From the NCBI RefSeq assembly GCF_009914755.1, contig NC_060945.1: DNA of 64,000 nt. The stretch is one strand, 5' to 3'. This DNA is from the human T2T-CHM13v2.0 reference genome, Homo sapiens. The notes beneath the pieces were generated by a model. That model worked only from the letters and a program-made list of their open reading frames with translations, did not search any database and had not been told where the DNA came from. Each line of letters begins with the position of its first letter. The first letter of the stretch is position 1. Shown one piece after another: positions 13,401-28,800 of this stretch. The position numbers and the translations under genes were made by a program.

Positions 13401-14700
13401 ACGTTATGGACTCTAACGGAATGGAATGGAATGGACTTGAATGGAATGGAATGGACATGAAACGTATGGAATTGAATTTGATGGAATGGAATGTATTGCA
13501 ATGGAAGGGATTGGAATAGACTGGAATGGAACGGAATGGACTTGAATGAAATAGAATGGAATGGAATGGACACGAATGAAATTGAATGGAAAGTATTCAA
13601 ATGCAATGCAATGGACTCGAATGTAATGGAATGTAATGGACTCGAATTGAATCGAATGGAATGGACTCAAGTGGGATGGAATGGAATGGACTTGAATGGA
13701 ATAGAATGGAATGGAATGGACTCGAATGGAACAGAATGGAATGGAATGGAATGTACTTGAATGGAAAAGAATGGAATGGAATGGAATGTACTCGAATGGA
13801 TTCGAACTGAATGGACATGAATGGAAAGGAAAGGAACGGAATGGAATGGAATGGAAAGGAATGGACTTGAATGCAATAAAATGGAGTGGAAGGGAATGGA
13901 CTAGAATTAAATGGAATGGAAAAGACTTGAAAACAATGCAATGGATTCGAATGGACTCGAATGGAATGGAATGGAATGGACTCACAAGGAATGGAATGGA
14001 ATAGACTCGAATGGAATATAATGGAAAGGATTGGGCTCGAATGGAATGGAATGCAATGGACACAAATGGAACGGAATAGAGTGAAATGGAATGTACTGGA
14101 ATGGAATGGACTTGAATGGAATAGAATGCAATGGAAAGGAATCAACTCCAATGAACTGGAATGGAATGGACTTGCATGGAGTGGAATGGACACAAGTGGA
14201 ATGGAATGGAATGGATTCGAATGGAATGGAATGGACTCGAATGGAATGGAGTTTAATGGATTCGAATGGAATGAAATGGAATGGAATGGAATGGACTGAA
14301 GTCGAATGGAATGTAATGGTATGTAATGGACTCGAATGGAATGTAACGGAGTGCAATCAAAGGGACTCGAAATAAATGGAATGCAGTGAAGTCGAATTTA
14401 ATGCAATGGATTTTGATGGAATGGAATGGACTCAAATGTTACGGAATGGAATTGAATGGACTTGAAAGGAATTGAATGGAATGGAATGCACTCGAAAGGA
14501 ATGGAACGGACTTGAATGGAAGGGAATGGAATGGACTCCAATGGAATGAAATGGTCTCGAAGGGAATGGAATGGAATGAAAACTACTCGAGTGGAATGGA
14601 ATGGAATTGAATGGAATGGAATGGACTCTAATGGGATAGAATGGAATTGAATGGACACTAATGGAATGGAATGGAATGGAATGGAATGGAATGGAATGGA
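10450..14700 (+). repeat. Diverged ~2.2-2.7 kb repeat pair (~10.45-12.0 kb vs ~12.7-14.7 kb)
   Basis: Shared landmarks: ATTTGAGTGGAATTTACT..ATTGGAATCTAA at ~11,119 and ~13,370; TAGAGTGAAATGGAATG.ACTG at 11,351 and ~14,076; TGAAATGGTCTCGAAGGG...GAAAAC.ACTCGAGTGG at ~11,901 and ~14,547. Confidence 0.65.
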
Positions 14701-17700
14701 ATGTACTGGAATGTACTGGAATGAAATGCTGTTGAATTGAATGGATCCGAAAGGAATGGAAAAGAATGGAATGGAATGGAATGGACCTGAATGGGATGGA
14801 ATGGAATGGAAAGGACTCTAAAGGAATGGAATGGAATGGAATGGAGTGGAATGGACTCAAATTGAATGGAATGGAATGGAAAAGACTGGACCTCAATGGG
14901 ATGGAATGGAATGGAAATGACACTAATGGAATAGAATGGAATGGACCCAGATGGAATGGAAAGGAATGGACTCGAAAAGAATGGACTTGAATGGAATGGA
15001 ATGGATTGGAATGGACTCGAATGGAATGGAATGGAATGGACTCGAATGGATTGGAAAGGAATGGCACCGAATGGAATGGAATGGAATGTAGTGGAATGCA
15101 ATGGAATAGACTGGAATGGAATGGAATGGTATGAAAGGGAATGGACTTGAATGGAATAGAATGGAATGGATTGGAATGGACTCGAAAGTAATGGAATGTA
15201 ATGGACTCGAATGGAATATAATGGACACAAATGCATCGGAATGGAATGGAATGGACTCGAATGGAATACAATGGAATTTAAGTGAATAGACTATATTGGA
15301 ATGGAATGGAATGGTCTCGAATGGAATAGAACGGGATAGACTCGAATGTAATAGAATGCAATGGAATGACCTCGAATGGAATGGAATGGAATATACTGGA
15401 ATGGAATTAAATGGACTCTAATGCAATGCAGTTGAATTGAATGGTCACGAAAGCAACGGAATAGAATGGAATGGAATGGAATCGAACGGAATGGAAAGAA
15501 ATGGACTCGAGTGGAATGCAATGGAATGGAATAGACTCGAATGGAATGGAGTGGAAAAGAATGGAATGGACTCGAACTGAATGGAATGGAACGGTAATAA
15601 ATGGAATGGAATGGAATGGAGTGTTCACAAATGGAACAGAAAGGAATGGAATAGAATGGAATTTACTCGAATGGGATAGAATAGAATGGAATAGACTCAA
15701 ATTGAATGGAATGGAGTGGAATGGACTCGTATGGAATGGAATTGAATGGACTCTAATGGAATTGAATGGAATGGAGTGGAATGGAATGGAATGGACTCGA
15801 ATGGGATGGAATGGAATTGAGCATAATGGAATTGTATGGAATGGACCCGAATGGAATGAAATGGAATGAAATGTACAAGAATTGAATGAAATGGAATGGA
15901 TTAGTCTCAAATGGAATTGAATGGAATGGAATGGATTCCAATGGAATGGAATGGAATGGAATTCACTCGAACAGAATGGAGTTGAAGGGACTCGAATGGA
16001 ATGGAATGGAATTGAATGGACTGGAATATAATGGAATGGAATGAAATGGAATGAACTCTAACAGAATGAAATATAATGGAATGAAATGGACTCGAATGGA
16101 ATTGAATGGACTCGAATGGAATGGAATGCAATGGCATGGAATGTAATGGAAAGGACTCGAGTGGAATGCAGATGAATTGAATGGACCCGAAATGAATGGA
16201 AAGGAATATAATGGAATTTAATGGATTGGAATGGAAATGAATAAAATGGACTTGAATGGAATGGAAAGGAACGGAACGGAGTCGAATGAAATGCAATGGA
16301 CCCGAATGAAGTGCAATGGAATGGAATCGACTCGAATGTAATGGAAAGGAATAGACTCGAATGAAATGGAATGCAGTTGAATGGATTGGAATGACATGCA
16401 ATGGAATGGAATAGACTCGAATGGAATAGGATGGAATGGGATGCAGTGGACTCGAATATAATAGAATGGAATGGAAACGAATGGAATGGAAAGGAATGGA
16501 ATGGAATGGATTGGAATAGAGTGGAATGGAATGGAATGGAATGGACTCAAATGGAATGAAATGGAACGGACTCAAATGGAATCGAATGGAATTTACTGGA
16601 TTGGAACCTAATGGAATGGGCTCTAATGGAATGCAAAGGAATGGAATCGAATGAAATGGAATGGATTCGAATGGAATGGATTCGAATGGAATGGAATGGA
16701 ATGGAATGGATCTGAAAGGAATTGAATGGAATGGAATGCACTCGAATCAAATGGAATGGAATGGAGTCAAATGGAATGGAATGGACTCGAATGCAATGGA
16801 ATGGAATGGACTGTAGTGGAATGGAAATAAATGGACTCAAATGCAATACAAAGCAGTTGAATGGATTCAAATGGAATGTAATGGAATGGATACGAATAGA
16901 ATGGAATGGAATGACATGGAATGGAAGGGAACAGAATGGACTTGTATGGTATAGAATGAAAAGGAATGGAATGTTGTCAAATGATATGGAATGGAATGCA
17001 CTCGAATGGAACGGAATGGACTCGAGTGGAATGGAATGGACTCGAATGTAATGAAATGGAATGGACTGAAATGCAATGGAATGGAATGTAATCGAATGGA
17101 GAGGAATGGACACGAATGGAGTGGAATTGAATGGAATGGAATGGTCACGAATGGAATAGAAGGGAATGAAATGGAACGGACTAGAAGGGAATGGAATGCA
17201 ATGGATTAGAATGGAATAGAATGGAATGAACTCTACAGGAATAGAATGGAATGGAATGGACTCGAATGGAATGCAATGAAATGGACATGAAAGGAAACGA
17301 ATGGTATTGAATGGAATGGAATGGAATTGAATGGAATGGAATGAAATGGACTCGAATAGAATGGAATGGAATGGACTCGAATGGAATGGCAAGGAATGGA
17401 CTCGAATGGAATGGAATGGACTTGAGTGGATTGGAATGGAATGGAAACGACTCGAGTGAAATGGAATGGAATGGAATGCACTAGAATGGAATGGAATGGA
17501 ACGGACTCGACTGGAATAGAAAGTAATGGACTCGAATAGAATGCAATGGAATGGTATATACTCAAATGCAATGGAGTGGAATGGACTCGAACAGAATGGA
17601 AAGGAATTTAATAGACTGAAATCGAATGGAATGTAAAGGTATGGAATGGACTCGTATGGAATGGAATGGAATGGAATCAAATGAACTTAAATGGAATGGA

Positions 17701-20700
17701 ATGCACACGAATGAAATGGAATGGAATGGAATGGATTTAATGGAATGCAAGGACATGGACTAGAAAGCAATGGAATGGTATTGAGTGGAATAGAATGGAA
17801 TGGAATGGAATGAAATGGACTCGAATGGAATGGAATGGAATGGAATAGAATGGACTCAAATGGAATGGCATGGAATGGAATGGAATGGAATCGAATGGAA
17901 TGGAATGGAATGGAAAAGACTCAAGAGAAATGGAATGGAATGCAATGGAATGCACTCGAATGGAATGGAAAGCAATTGACTCTAATGGAATAGAAAAAAT
18001 AATGGAATGGAATGGAATGGAATGGAATGGACTCGAATGCAATGGACTGGAATGGACTCGAATGCAATGGAAAGGAATTTGATGCATTCAAATCGAATGG
18101 AATGTAACGGTATGGAATGGCCCCGTATGGAATGTAATGGAATACAATGGAATCAAATGAACACGAATGGAATGGAATGTACAAGAAAGGAATGGAATGA
18201 AACCGAATGGAATGGAATGGACTCAAAATTAATGGAATGGAAGTCAATGGACTCGAAATGAATGGAATGGAATGGAATGAAATGGAATAGAATGGAATCA
18301 AATGGAATGGAATGTACTCGAATGGAATGGAATGGAAACGACTCGAGTGGAATGAAATGGAATGGAATGGAATCAAATGGAATGGACTTGAATGTACTCA
18401 AATGGAATGGAATGGAATGGAATGGCATCGTCTCGAATGGAATGGAATGGAATGCATTTGAATAGACTCACAGAAAATGGAATGGAGTTGACATGAATGG
18501 AATTGAAAGGAATAGACTGCAATGGAATTAAATGAAATGGAATGGACTCGAAAGAAATGGAATGGAATGGATTTGAATGGAATGGAATGGAATGGAATGC
18601 AATGGAATGGAATGGAATGGAATGATATCAAATTGAATGACATGGAATGGACTCAAATGGAATGAGTATGGATTGGATGGTCTCGAATAGAATGGAATGG
18701 AATGGACTCAAATGGAATGGAATGGAATAGAATGGACTCGAATATAGTGGAATGAAATTGCCTCGAATGGAATGGAATGGATTCGAATGGAATGGAATGG
18801 ACACGAATGGAGCAGAATGGAATGGACTTGAATGGAATGGAATGGAATGGACTCGAATGGAATGGAATTGAATGAACTCAAATGGAATTGAGTGGAATGG
18901 AATCAACTCGAATGTAATGGAATGGAATGCAATCAAATGGAATGTAATGGACTCTAGTTGAATGGAATGGAATGGTATGGTCTCAAATGGAATAGAATGG
19001 AATGGAACGGATTCAAAAGGAATAGAATGGAATGGTTTCGAATCTAATGGAGTGGAATGGAATGGACTCGAATGGAAAGGAGTGAAATGGAATGTAACGG
19101 AATGGAATTTATTGGACTCGAATGGAATGGAAAGGAACTGAATGGACTCAAAACGATTGGATTGGAATGGCATGGAATGGAATTGAATGGACTGAAAAAG
19201 AGTGGATTGGAATGGAATGGAATGGAATGGAATGGACTAAAGTGGAATAGAAATGAATCAACTCAAATAGAATGGAATGGAATAGAATGGACTCTAATGC
19301 AATAGAGTAGAATGGACTCGAATGGAATGGAAAGGAACTAAATGGAATGGAATCGAATGGAATGGAAAGGACTCGAATGGAATGGAATGGAAAGGAATGG
19401 ACCCGAATGGAATGGAATGCAATGGAATGGAATGGTATGCATTGGGATGGAATGGTACGGATTAAAATGGAGTTGAATTGAATAGAAAGGGATAGAATGG
19501 AATGAATTTAAAAGGAATGGAATGGAGTGAACTACTTTCGAATGGAAAGGCCACGAATTGAATGAAATGGAATGGAACAGACTCGAATGGAATAGATTGG
19601 AATTTAGTGGAATGTACTCTATTGGAATGAAATGGAATGCATTCGAACGGAATAGAATTGAATGGAATGGACTCAAATGGAATGCAATGGAATGGTCCCA
19701 AATGGAAAGTAAAGGAATGGAATAGACTTGAAAGGAATGTAATATAATTGAATGGAATGGAATTGACTCTAATGGAATGAAATTGAATGGATTCGAATGG
19801 AATGGTATGTATTGGCATCGAATGGCATGAAATGAACTGGGTGCAAATGTAATGTAATGTAATGTGAAGGAATGGAATGGAATATAATGTAATGGAATGC
19901 AATGAAATAGAATGGAATAGAATGGAAAGAAGAGGAATGGAGAGAAATGGAATGGAATGGAATGGAATAGATTTCAATGGAATAGAATGGAATGGAATTG
20001 ATTGGAATGGAATGGAATGGAATGGAATGGATTGGAAAGGAATGGAATGGACTTGAAAGGAAAGAAATCAAATGGATTGGCCTCGAATGGAATAGTATGG
20101 AATTTACTGTATTGGAATCCAATGGAATGGACTCTAATGGAATGGAATGGACTCCAGTGGAATGGAAGGGAAATATATGCACTCAAATGGAATGGAATGG
20201 AATGGAATGTATTGGTATGGTATGGAATGGATGGAATGGACTCGAATGGAAAAGAATGGAATAGTATGGAATGGAATGGAATGGAATGGACTAGACTGGA
20301 AAGGAATGGAATGGAATGGACTAGGCTCAAATGGAATTGAATGGAATGGAATGGAATGGAATAGAATGGACTGGAATGTAATGAGTTTGAAATGGACTGG
20401 AGAGGAATGTAATGTAATGTAATGGAATGGAATGGAATGGAATTTACTCTAATGGGATGGAATGGATTGGAATTTACTCGAATGGAATGGAATGGAACTG
20501 AATGGAATGGAATGGACTCGAATGATATGCAATGAAATGGACTCAAATGAACTGGAATGCACTCTAGTTGAATGGAATGGAATAGAGTGGACTCCAGTGG
20601 AAAGGAGTGGAATGGATTCGAATGGAATGCAATGGAATTGAATGGATTTGAATAGATCGGAATATAATGGTACAGAATGGACACGAATGGAATGGAATGG

Positions 20701-22829
20701 AATGGAATGAAATGGACTCCAATGGAACGGAATGGAATGGAATCTAATGGAATGGTATGGATTGGAATAGAATGGAATGTTATCATATTTTATGGAACAG
20801 AAATGAATGGACTCGAAAGGAATGAAATGGAATGGAATGGACTCTAATGGAATATAATGGAATGAACTCCAAAGGAATGGAATGGACTCGAAAAGAATGG
20901 AATGGAATGGAAGGGACTCGACTGGAATGGAATCGAATACAAAGGCCTCAAATGGGATGGAATGGAATCAAAAGGACTCGAATGGAATGGAATGCAATGG
21001 AATCGAAAGGAATGGAATGGACCCGAATGGAATGGATAGGAATGCAATGGAATCAAATGTGTGGAATGTATAGGAATGGATTCGAATGGAATGGATAGGA
21101 ATGGACCAGAATGCAATGGAAATGAATATTGTCAAGTGGAAAGAAATGGAATGTCATGGACTCGAATGGAATGGAATAGATTCGAATAGAATGGAAAGAA
21201 ATGGACCAGAATGGGATGCAATGGAATGGAATGGAATGGTATGGTATGGAATGGAATGGATTTGAATGAATAGAATTGAAAGGACTGGAATGGACTCAAA
21301 TGGAATGGAATGGACATGAATGGAAAGGAATGGTATGGAAAGAACTCGAATGGAGTACAATGGAATTTAATGAAATGGACTCTAATGGAATGGAATGGAA
21401 TGTACTTGAATGGAATAGAATGGAAGATGCTCGAATGGAATGGAATGGAATGGAATTGACTCGAGTATAATGGAATGCATTCAAAAGGAATATAATGTAA
21501 TGGACCTGAATGGCATGGAGATAATGGAGTGGAATGGAATAGAATGGAATGGAGAGGAGTTGAATAGAGTGAAATGAAATGGACTCAAAAGGAATAGAAT
21601 GGTATTGAATGGAATGCAATGGAATGGAATGGAAAGGAAGGGAATGGAATGTAATTGAATGGAGTTGAATGGAAGGAATGGAATCAAAAGGAATGGAATG
21701 GAATGGCAACAAAGGGATTGGAATGGAATGGAATGGAGTGGAATGCAATAGAATTTAATGGAATGGACCCGCATGGAATGCAATGGAAAGGAATGGACTC
21801 GAATGGAATGGAATGGACTCGAATGGAATGCAATGGAATGGAATGGAATGGAAAAGAAAGGAATGGAATGGAATGGAATGGAATGAGGTTGGAATGAGTT
21901 TGGAATTGACTGGAATGGAATGGGCCCAAAAGGAATGGAATGGAATGGAATGGAACGGAATGGAATGGAATGGAAAAGAATGAAATGGAATAGAATCGAC
22001 TGGAATTTAATGAGTTTGGAATGGAATGCAATGGAATGGAATGGAATGCAATGGAATGGAATGGAATGGAATTTACTCAAATGGAATGGAATGGAATGGA
22101 ATTTACTTGAATGGAATGGAATGGAATGGACTGAAATGTAATTGCATGAAATGGAACGGAGTCGACTTGAACGGAATAGAATTAAGAAGACTCGAATGGA
22201 ATGAAATGGTATGAAATGGACTCAAATGGAATGGAATGGAATTGAATCAAGTGGAATGGAATGGAATTGAATGGACTCGAAAATATTGGGATGGAATACG
22301 CTGGAATGGACTCGAATGAAATGGAATGGAACGGGATGGAATGCACTTGAATGCAATGGAATGCAACGGAATGGACTCAAATAGAATGGAATGAAATTGA
22401 CTCGAATGGAATTGAATGGAATGTAATGGAATCGTGTTGTATGGAATGGAATGGATTTGAGTGGAATAGAATGAACGGAATGGAATGGACTGGAAAGGAG
22501 TGGAATGGAATGGACTCGAAAGGAATGGAATGGACTCGAACGGAATGGAAAGGAATGTACCCGAATGGAATGGAAAGGAATGGAATGGAATGGTATGGTA
22601 TGGAATGGAATGGATTTGAATGCAATAGAATGAAGGGAATTTAATGGACTTGAAAGGATTCGAATTTAATAAGTGGAATGGACTCCAATGGAATGGAATG
22701 GAATGGACTTTAATGCAATGGAGTGAAATGGAATGGACTCAAATGGAATGGAATGGAATTGACGCTAATGGAAATGAATGGAATAATACCGAATGGAAAG
22801 GAATGGAATGGAATGGAATGGAATGGAAT

Positions 22830-25800
22830 AGAATAGACTGGAATACAATGTGTTTGGAATGGACTCGACTGGAATGGAATGGAATTGAATTGAATGGACT
22901 CAAACGGAATAGCATAGAATGGAATGGACTCAAACGCAATGGAATGGAATGCATTTGAATGGATTGGAATGGACTCGAATGGAATGGATTTGAATGGACT
23001 CGTATGCAATGGAATGGCATTGAATGGACTCGAAAGGAATGGAATGTAACGGGATGGAATGAACCCGAATGGAAAGGAACGTAATGGAATCAAATGTATT
23101 GGAATGGAAAGGAATGGAATGAATGGAATGGCAAGGAATTTACTCGAATGGGATGGAATGGAAAGGAATTTACTCGAATGGAATGCAATGGAGTGGACTG
23201 AAATGGAAAAGCATGGAATGGAATGGACTCGATGCAACGGAATGGAATGGACTCGAATGGAACGGAATGGACTTGAATGGAGTGGAGTCAAATGGACTCG
23301 AATGGAAAGCAGTGGAATGGAACCATATGGAATGTACCCCAAAGCAGTGGAACGGAACGGAAAGGAATGGAATGGAATGTACTTGAATTGTATGGAACGG
23401 AATTGAATCGACTTGAAAGGAATGGAATGGAATGGAATGGAATGGCCTCGAAAGGAATACAATGGAATGGACCACAATGAAATGGAATGCAAAGGAATGG
23501 ACTCAAATGGAATGGAATGGAATTGATTCGAATGGAATTGAATGGAATAGAACCGAATGGAATGGAATGGAATGGAATGGAATGGACTCGAATGGAATGG
23601 AATGGAATGGACTCGAATGGAATGGAATGGAATGGGCTCAAATGGAATAGAATGCAATGGAATGGAAAATAATGTAATGGCATATAATAGACTGGAATGT
23701 AATGAGCTTGGAATGGACTGGACTGGAATGGAATGGAATGGAATGGACTCAAATGGAATAGCATGGAACGGAATGGACTCAAATGCAATGGAATGGAATG
23801 CACTCGAATGGAATGGAATGGACTCGAATGGAATGGATTTCAATGGACTCGTATGGAATTGAATGGCATTGAACGGACTCGAATGGAATGGAATGTAACG
23901 TAATGGAATGAACCAGAATGGAATGGAACGTAATGGAATCATATGTGCTGAAATGGAAAGGAATGGAATGAATGGAATGGAATGGAATTTACTCGAATGT
24001 GATGGAATGGAATGGAATTTAATCAAATGGAATTGAATGAAATGGAATGAAATGGAATAGCATGGAATGGAATGGACACGAATGCCAAGGAATGGAATGG
24101 ACTCGAATGGAACGGAATGGACTCATATGGAGTGGAGTCAAATGGACTCGAATGGAATGCAATGGAATGCAACCAAATGGAATGTACTCGAATGGAATGG
24201 AACGGAACAGAACGGAATGGAACGGACTTCAATGGGAAGGAAAGGAATGGACTAACTAGAATGGAATGGAATGTAATGAACTACAATGGAATGGAATGGA
24301 CTCTAATGGAATGGAATTGAAAGGACTCGACTGGAATGTAACGGATTCGAATGGCCTCGAATGGTGTGGAATGGAATGGAATGGACTCGAATGCAATGGA
24401 ATCTAATGGAACCGAAAGGAATGGAATGGAATGGAAAGGAATGGACCCGAATGCAATGGAATGCAATGGAATCAAATGGTATGGAATGTATTGTAATGGA
24501 CTCGAATGAAATGGATAGGAATGGACTCGATTGGAATGGATTGGAAATGTCTCGAGTGGAATGGAATGGAATGTCATGGACTCGAAAGGAATGGAATGGA
24601 CTCGAATGGAATGCAAAGTATTGGACCCAAATGGAATGGAATGGAATGGAATGGTATGGCATGGAATTCAATGGATTTGAAAGGAAAAGAATGAATGGAA
24701 TGGAATGGACATGAAAGGATTGGAATGGAATGGACTCAAATGGAATGCAATGTACATGAATGGAACAGAATGGAGTGGAATACACTCGAATGGAATACAA
24801 TGGAATTTAATTGAATGAACTCTAATGGAAAGGAATGTAATGGAATAGAAGGCAATGGAATGCAATGGAATGGAATCAAATGAAATGGAATTGAATGGAC
24901 TTGAATGTAATAGAATGGAAGAGACTCGAATGGAATGGAATGCAATGGAATGGACATAAATGGAATTGAAAGGATTTGACTCAAATGGAATGGTTTGGAA
25001 TTGATTGGAATTGAAAACATAGGGAAGGAATACAGTGGAATGAACTCGAATGGAATGGAATGGAATGGACTGGACTGGAATGGAATGGAATGGAATGAAT
25101 TGGAATGGAATGGAATGGAATGGAATGGACTCGAATGGAATGGAATGCAATGGACTGGGATCAAATGGAATGGAATGGAATGGAATGGGAAAGAATGGAA
25201 TGGAATAAAATGGACTGGAATGTAATAAGTTTGGAATGGACTGAAATGGAATGGAATGGCATGGAATGGAATGGAATGGACTCAAATTGAATAGCATGGA
25301 AAGGAAAGGACTCAAATGCAATGGAATGGAATGGACTTGAATGGAATGTAATGGACTCGAATTTAATGGATTTGAATGGGCACGTATGGAATGGAATGGC
25401 ATTTAATGGACTCGAATGGAATGGAAAGTAACGGAATGGAATGAATCCGAATGGAATGGAATGGAATGGGGTGAAATGTGCTGGGATGGAATGGAATGGA
25501 ATGGAATGGAATGGAATTTACTCGAATGGGATGCAATGGAATGGAATTTACTCAAATGGAATGGAATGGTATGGACTAAAATGCAATAGCATGGAATGGA
25601 ATGGACTCGAATGCATCAGAATGGAATGGACTCGAATGGAACGGAATGGACTCGAATGGAGTGGAGTCGAATGGACCTGAATGGAATGCAATGGAATGTA
25701 ACCGAATGGAATGTACTCAAATGCAATGGAACGGAATGGAATGGAAAGGAAAGGATCGGAACGAAACGGAATGGAAGGGAATGGATTTGAATGGAATGGA

Positions 25801-28800
25801 ATGGAATGGAATTGAATGGACTCAAAAGGAGTGGAATAGAATGGAAAGTACTCGAATGGAATGGAATGGAATGAACTCCAATGGAATGAAATGGACTCGA
25901 ATAGAATGGAATGGAATGGAAACGACTCGACTGGAATGGAATGGAATAGAATGGCCTCGAATTGGATTCAATGGAATGGAATGGACTCGAATGGAATAGA
26001 ATGGAATGGAATGCAATGGAATCGAATGAGATGGAATGTATTGGAATGGACTCGAATGGAATGGATTGCAACGGACCCAAATGGAATGGAGTGGAATGGT
26101 CTCCAATGGAATGGAACGGAATGTATTGGAATTGAATGCAATGGAATCGAATGGGATGGAATGTATTGGAATGGACTCGAATGGAATGGATAGGAATTCA
26201 CCCGAATGGAATGGAATGGAATGGTCTCGAGTGGAATGGAATGGAATGGTATGGAATGGACTCGAATGGAATGGAATGGACTCGAATGGAATGCAAAGGA
26301 ATGGACCCGAATGGAATAGAATGGAATGGTATGGTATGGAATTTAAAGGACTTAAATGGAATATAATGAATGGAATGGAAGGGACACGAAAGGATTGGGA
26401 TGGAATGGACTCAAATGGAATGCAATGGACATGAATGGAACAGAATCGAGTGGAATGTTCTCGAATGGAATACAATGGAATTTAATGGAATGGACACTAA
26501 TGGAATGGAATGGAATGGACTTGAATGCAATGGAATGCAATGGAATGGTATCTAATGAAATGGAATGGAGTGGACTTGAATGGAATAGAATGGAAGAGAC
26601 TCGAATGGAATGGAATGCAATGGAATGGACTTAAATGGAATTGAATGGAATTGACTCAAACGGAATGGTTTGGGATTGAATGGAATTGAAAAGATAGGGA
26701 TGGAATACAGTGGAATGAACTCGAATGGAATGGAATGGAATGGAATGATATGGAAAGGAATGGAATGAAATGGAATGGAATGGATTGGATTGGAATGGAC
26801 TCGAATGGAATGGAATGGAATGGACTCGAATAGAATGGAATGGAATGGAATGGAATGGAATGGAATGCAATGAAGCGGAAAAGAATGGAAAGGAAGAGAA
26901 TGGACTGGAATGTAATAAGTTTGGAATGGACTGAAAAGGAATGGAATGGCATGGAATGGAATGGAATGCACTAAAATGGAATAGCATGGAATGGAAAGTA
27001 CTTAAATGCAATGGAATGAAATGGACTTGAATGGAATGGAATGGAATAGATTCGAATTTAATGGATTTGAATGGACACGTATGGAATGGAATGTCATTGA
27101 ATGGACTCGAATGGAATGGAATGTAACGGAATGGAATGAACCTGAATATAATGGAATGGAATCGAATGAAATGTGCTGGAATAGAATGGAATGAATGGAA
27201 GGGAATGGAATGGAATGGAATGGAATTTACTCGAATGGGATGGAAGGGAATGGAATTTACTCGAATGGAATGGACTGAAATGCAATAGTATGGAATGGAA
27301 TGGACTCGAATGCAATGGAACGGAATGGACTCGAATGGAACGGAATGGACTCGAATGGAAGGGAGTCGAATGGACTAGAATGGAATGCAATGGAATGGAA
27401 CCGAATGGAATGTACACGAATGGAATTGAACGGCATGGAATGGAAAGAAAAGGAATCGAACAGAACGGAACGGAGTGGAATGGACTTGAATGGAATGGAA
27501 TGGAATGAAATGTGAGGGAATGGAATGGAATGGAATGGAATGAAATGAAATACAATGGAATGGAATGGAATGGAATGGAATGGATTGGAATAGAATTAAC
27601 TCGAATGGGAAGGAATGGAATGGAATTCTCTCGAATGGAATGGAATGTAATGGACTGAAATGCAATAGCATGGAATGGAATGTACTCGAAAGCGATGGAA
27701 CAGAATGGACTCGAATGGAACGGAATGGACTCGAATGGAGTGGAGTCGAATGGACTCGAATGGAATTCAATGGAATGGAACCGAATGGAATGTACTCGAA
27801 TGGAATGGAACGGAATGGAATGGAAAGGAAAGGAACGGAATGGAACGGAACGGAATGGAATGGAATGGAATGGAATGGAATGGAATGGAATCTACTCGAA
27901 TTGTATGGAATGGAATTGAATGGACTGAAATGGAGTGGAATTGAATGGAAAGGACTCGAATGGAATGGAATGGAATGATCTCCAATGGAATGGAATGGAC
28001 TTGAATAGAATGAAATGGAATGGAAAGGACGACTAAAATGGAATGGAATAGAATGGCCTCGAATTGCATGGAATGAATGAAATGGACTCGAATGGAATAG
28101 AATGGAATGGAATGCAATGGAATCGAATGGGATGGAATGTATTGGAAGGGACTTGAATGGAATGGATTGGAATGGACCCAAATGGAAGGGAGTGGAATGG
28201 ACTCGAGTGGAATGGAACGGAATGTATTGGAATGGAATGCAATGGAATCGAATGGGATGGAATGTATTGCAGTGGACTCGAATGGACTGGATAAGAATGG
28301 ACCCGAATGGAATGGAACGGAATGGTGTCGAGTGGAATGGCGTCTAATGTAATGGACTAGAATGGAATGGAATGGACTCGAATGGAATGGAAAGGAATGG
28401 ACCCGAATGGAATGAAATGGAATGGAATGGTATGGTATGGAATGGAATGGACTTGAATGGAATAGAATGAATGGAATGGACTCGAAAGGATAGGAATGGA
28501 ATGGACACAAATGGAATGGAAGGGACATGAATGGAACGGAATGGAATGGAATGAACTCACATGGAATACAATGGAATTTAATGGAATGGGCTGTAACGGA
28601 ATGGAATTGAAGGGACTTGAATGGAATTGAATGGAGGAGACTCGAATGGAATGGAAGGCAATGGAATGGACTCAAATGGAATGGAATGGAATTGAATGGA
28701 CTCGAAAGGATTCGGAAGGAGTACAGTGGAATGGACTCAAATGGAATGGAATGGACTCGAATGCAATGGAATGCAATAGAGTGGACTAAAATGGAACGGA

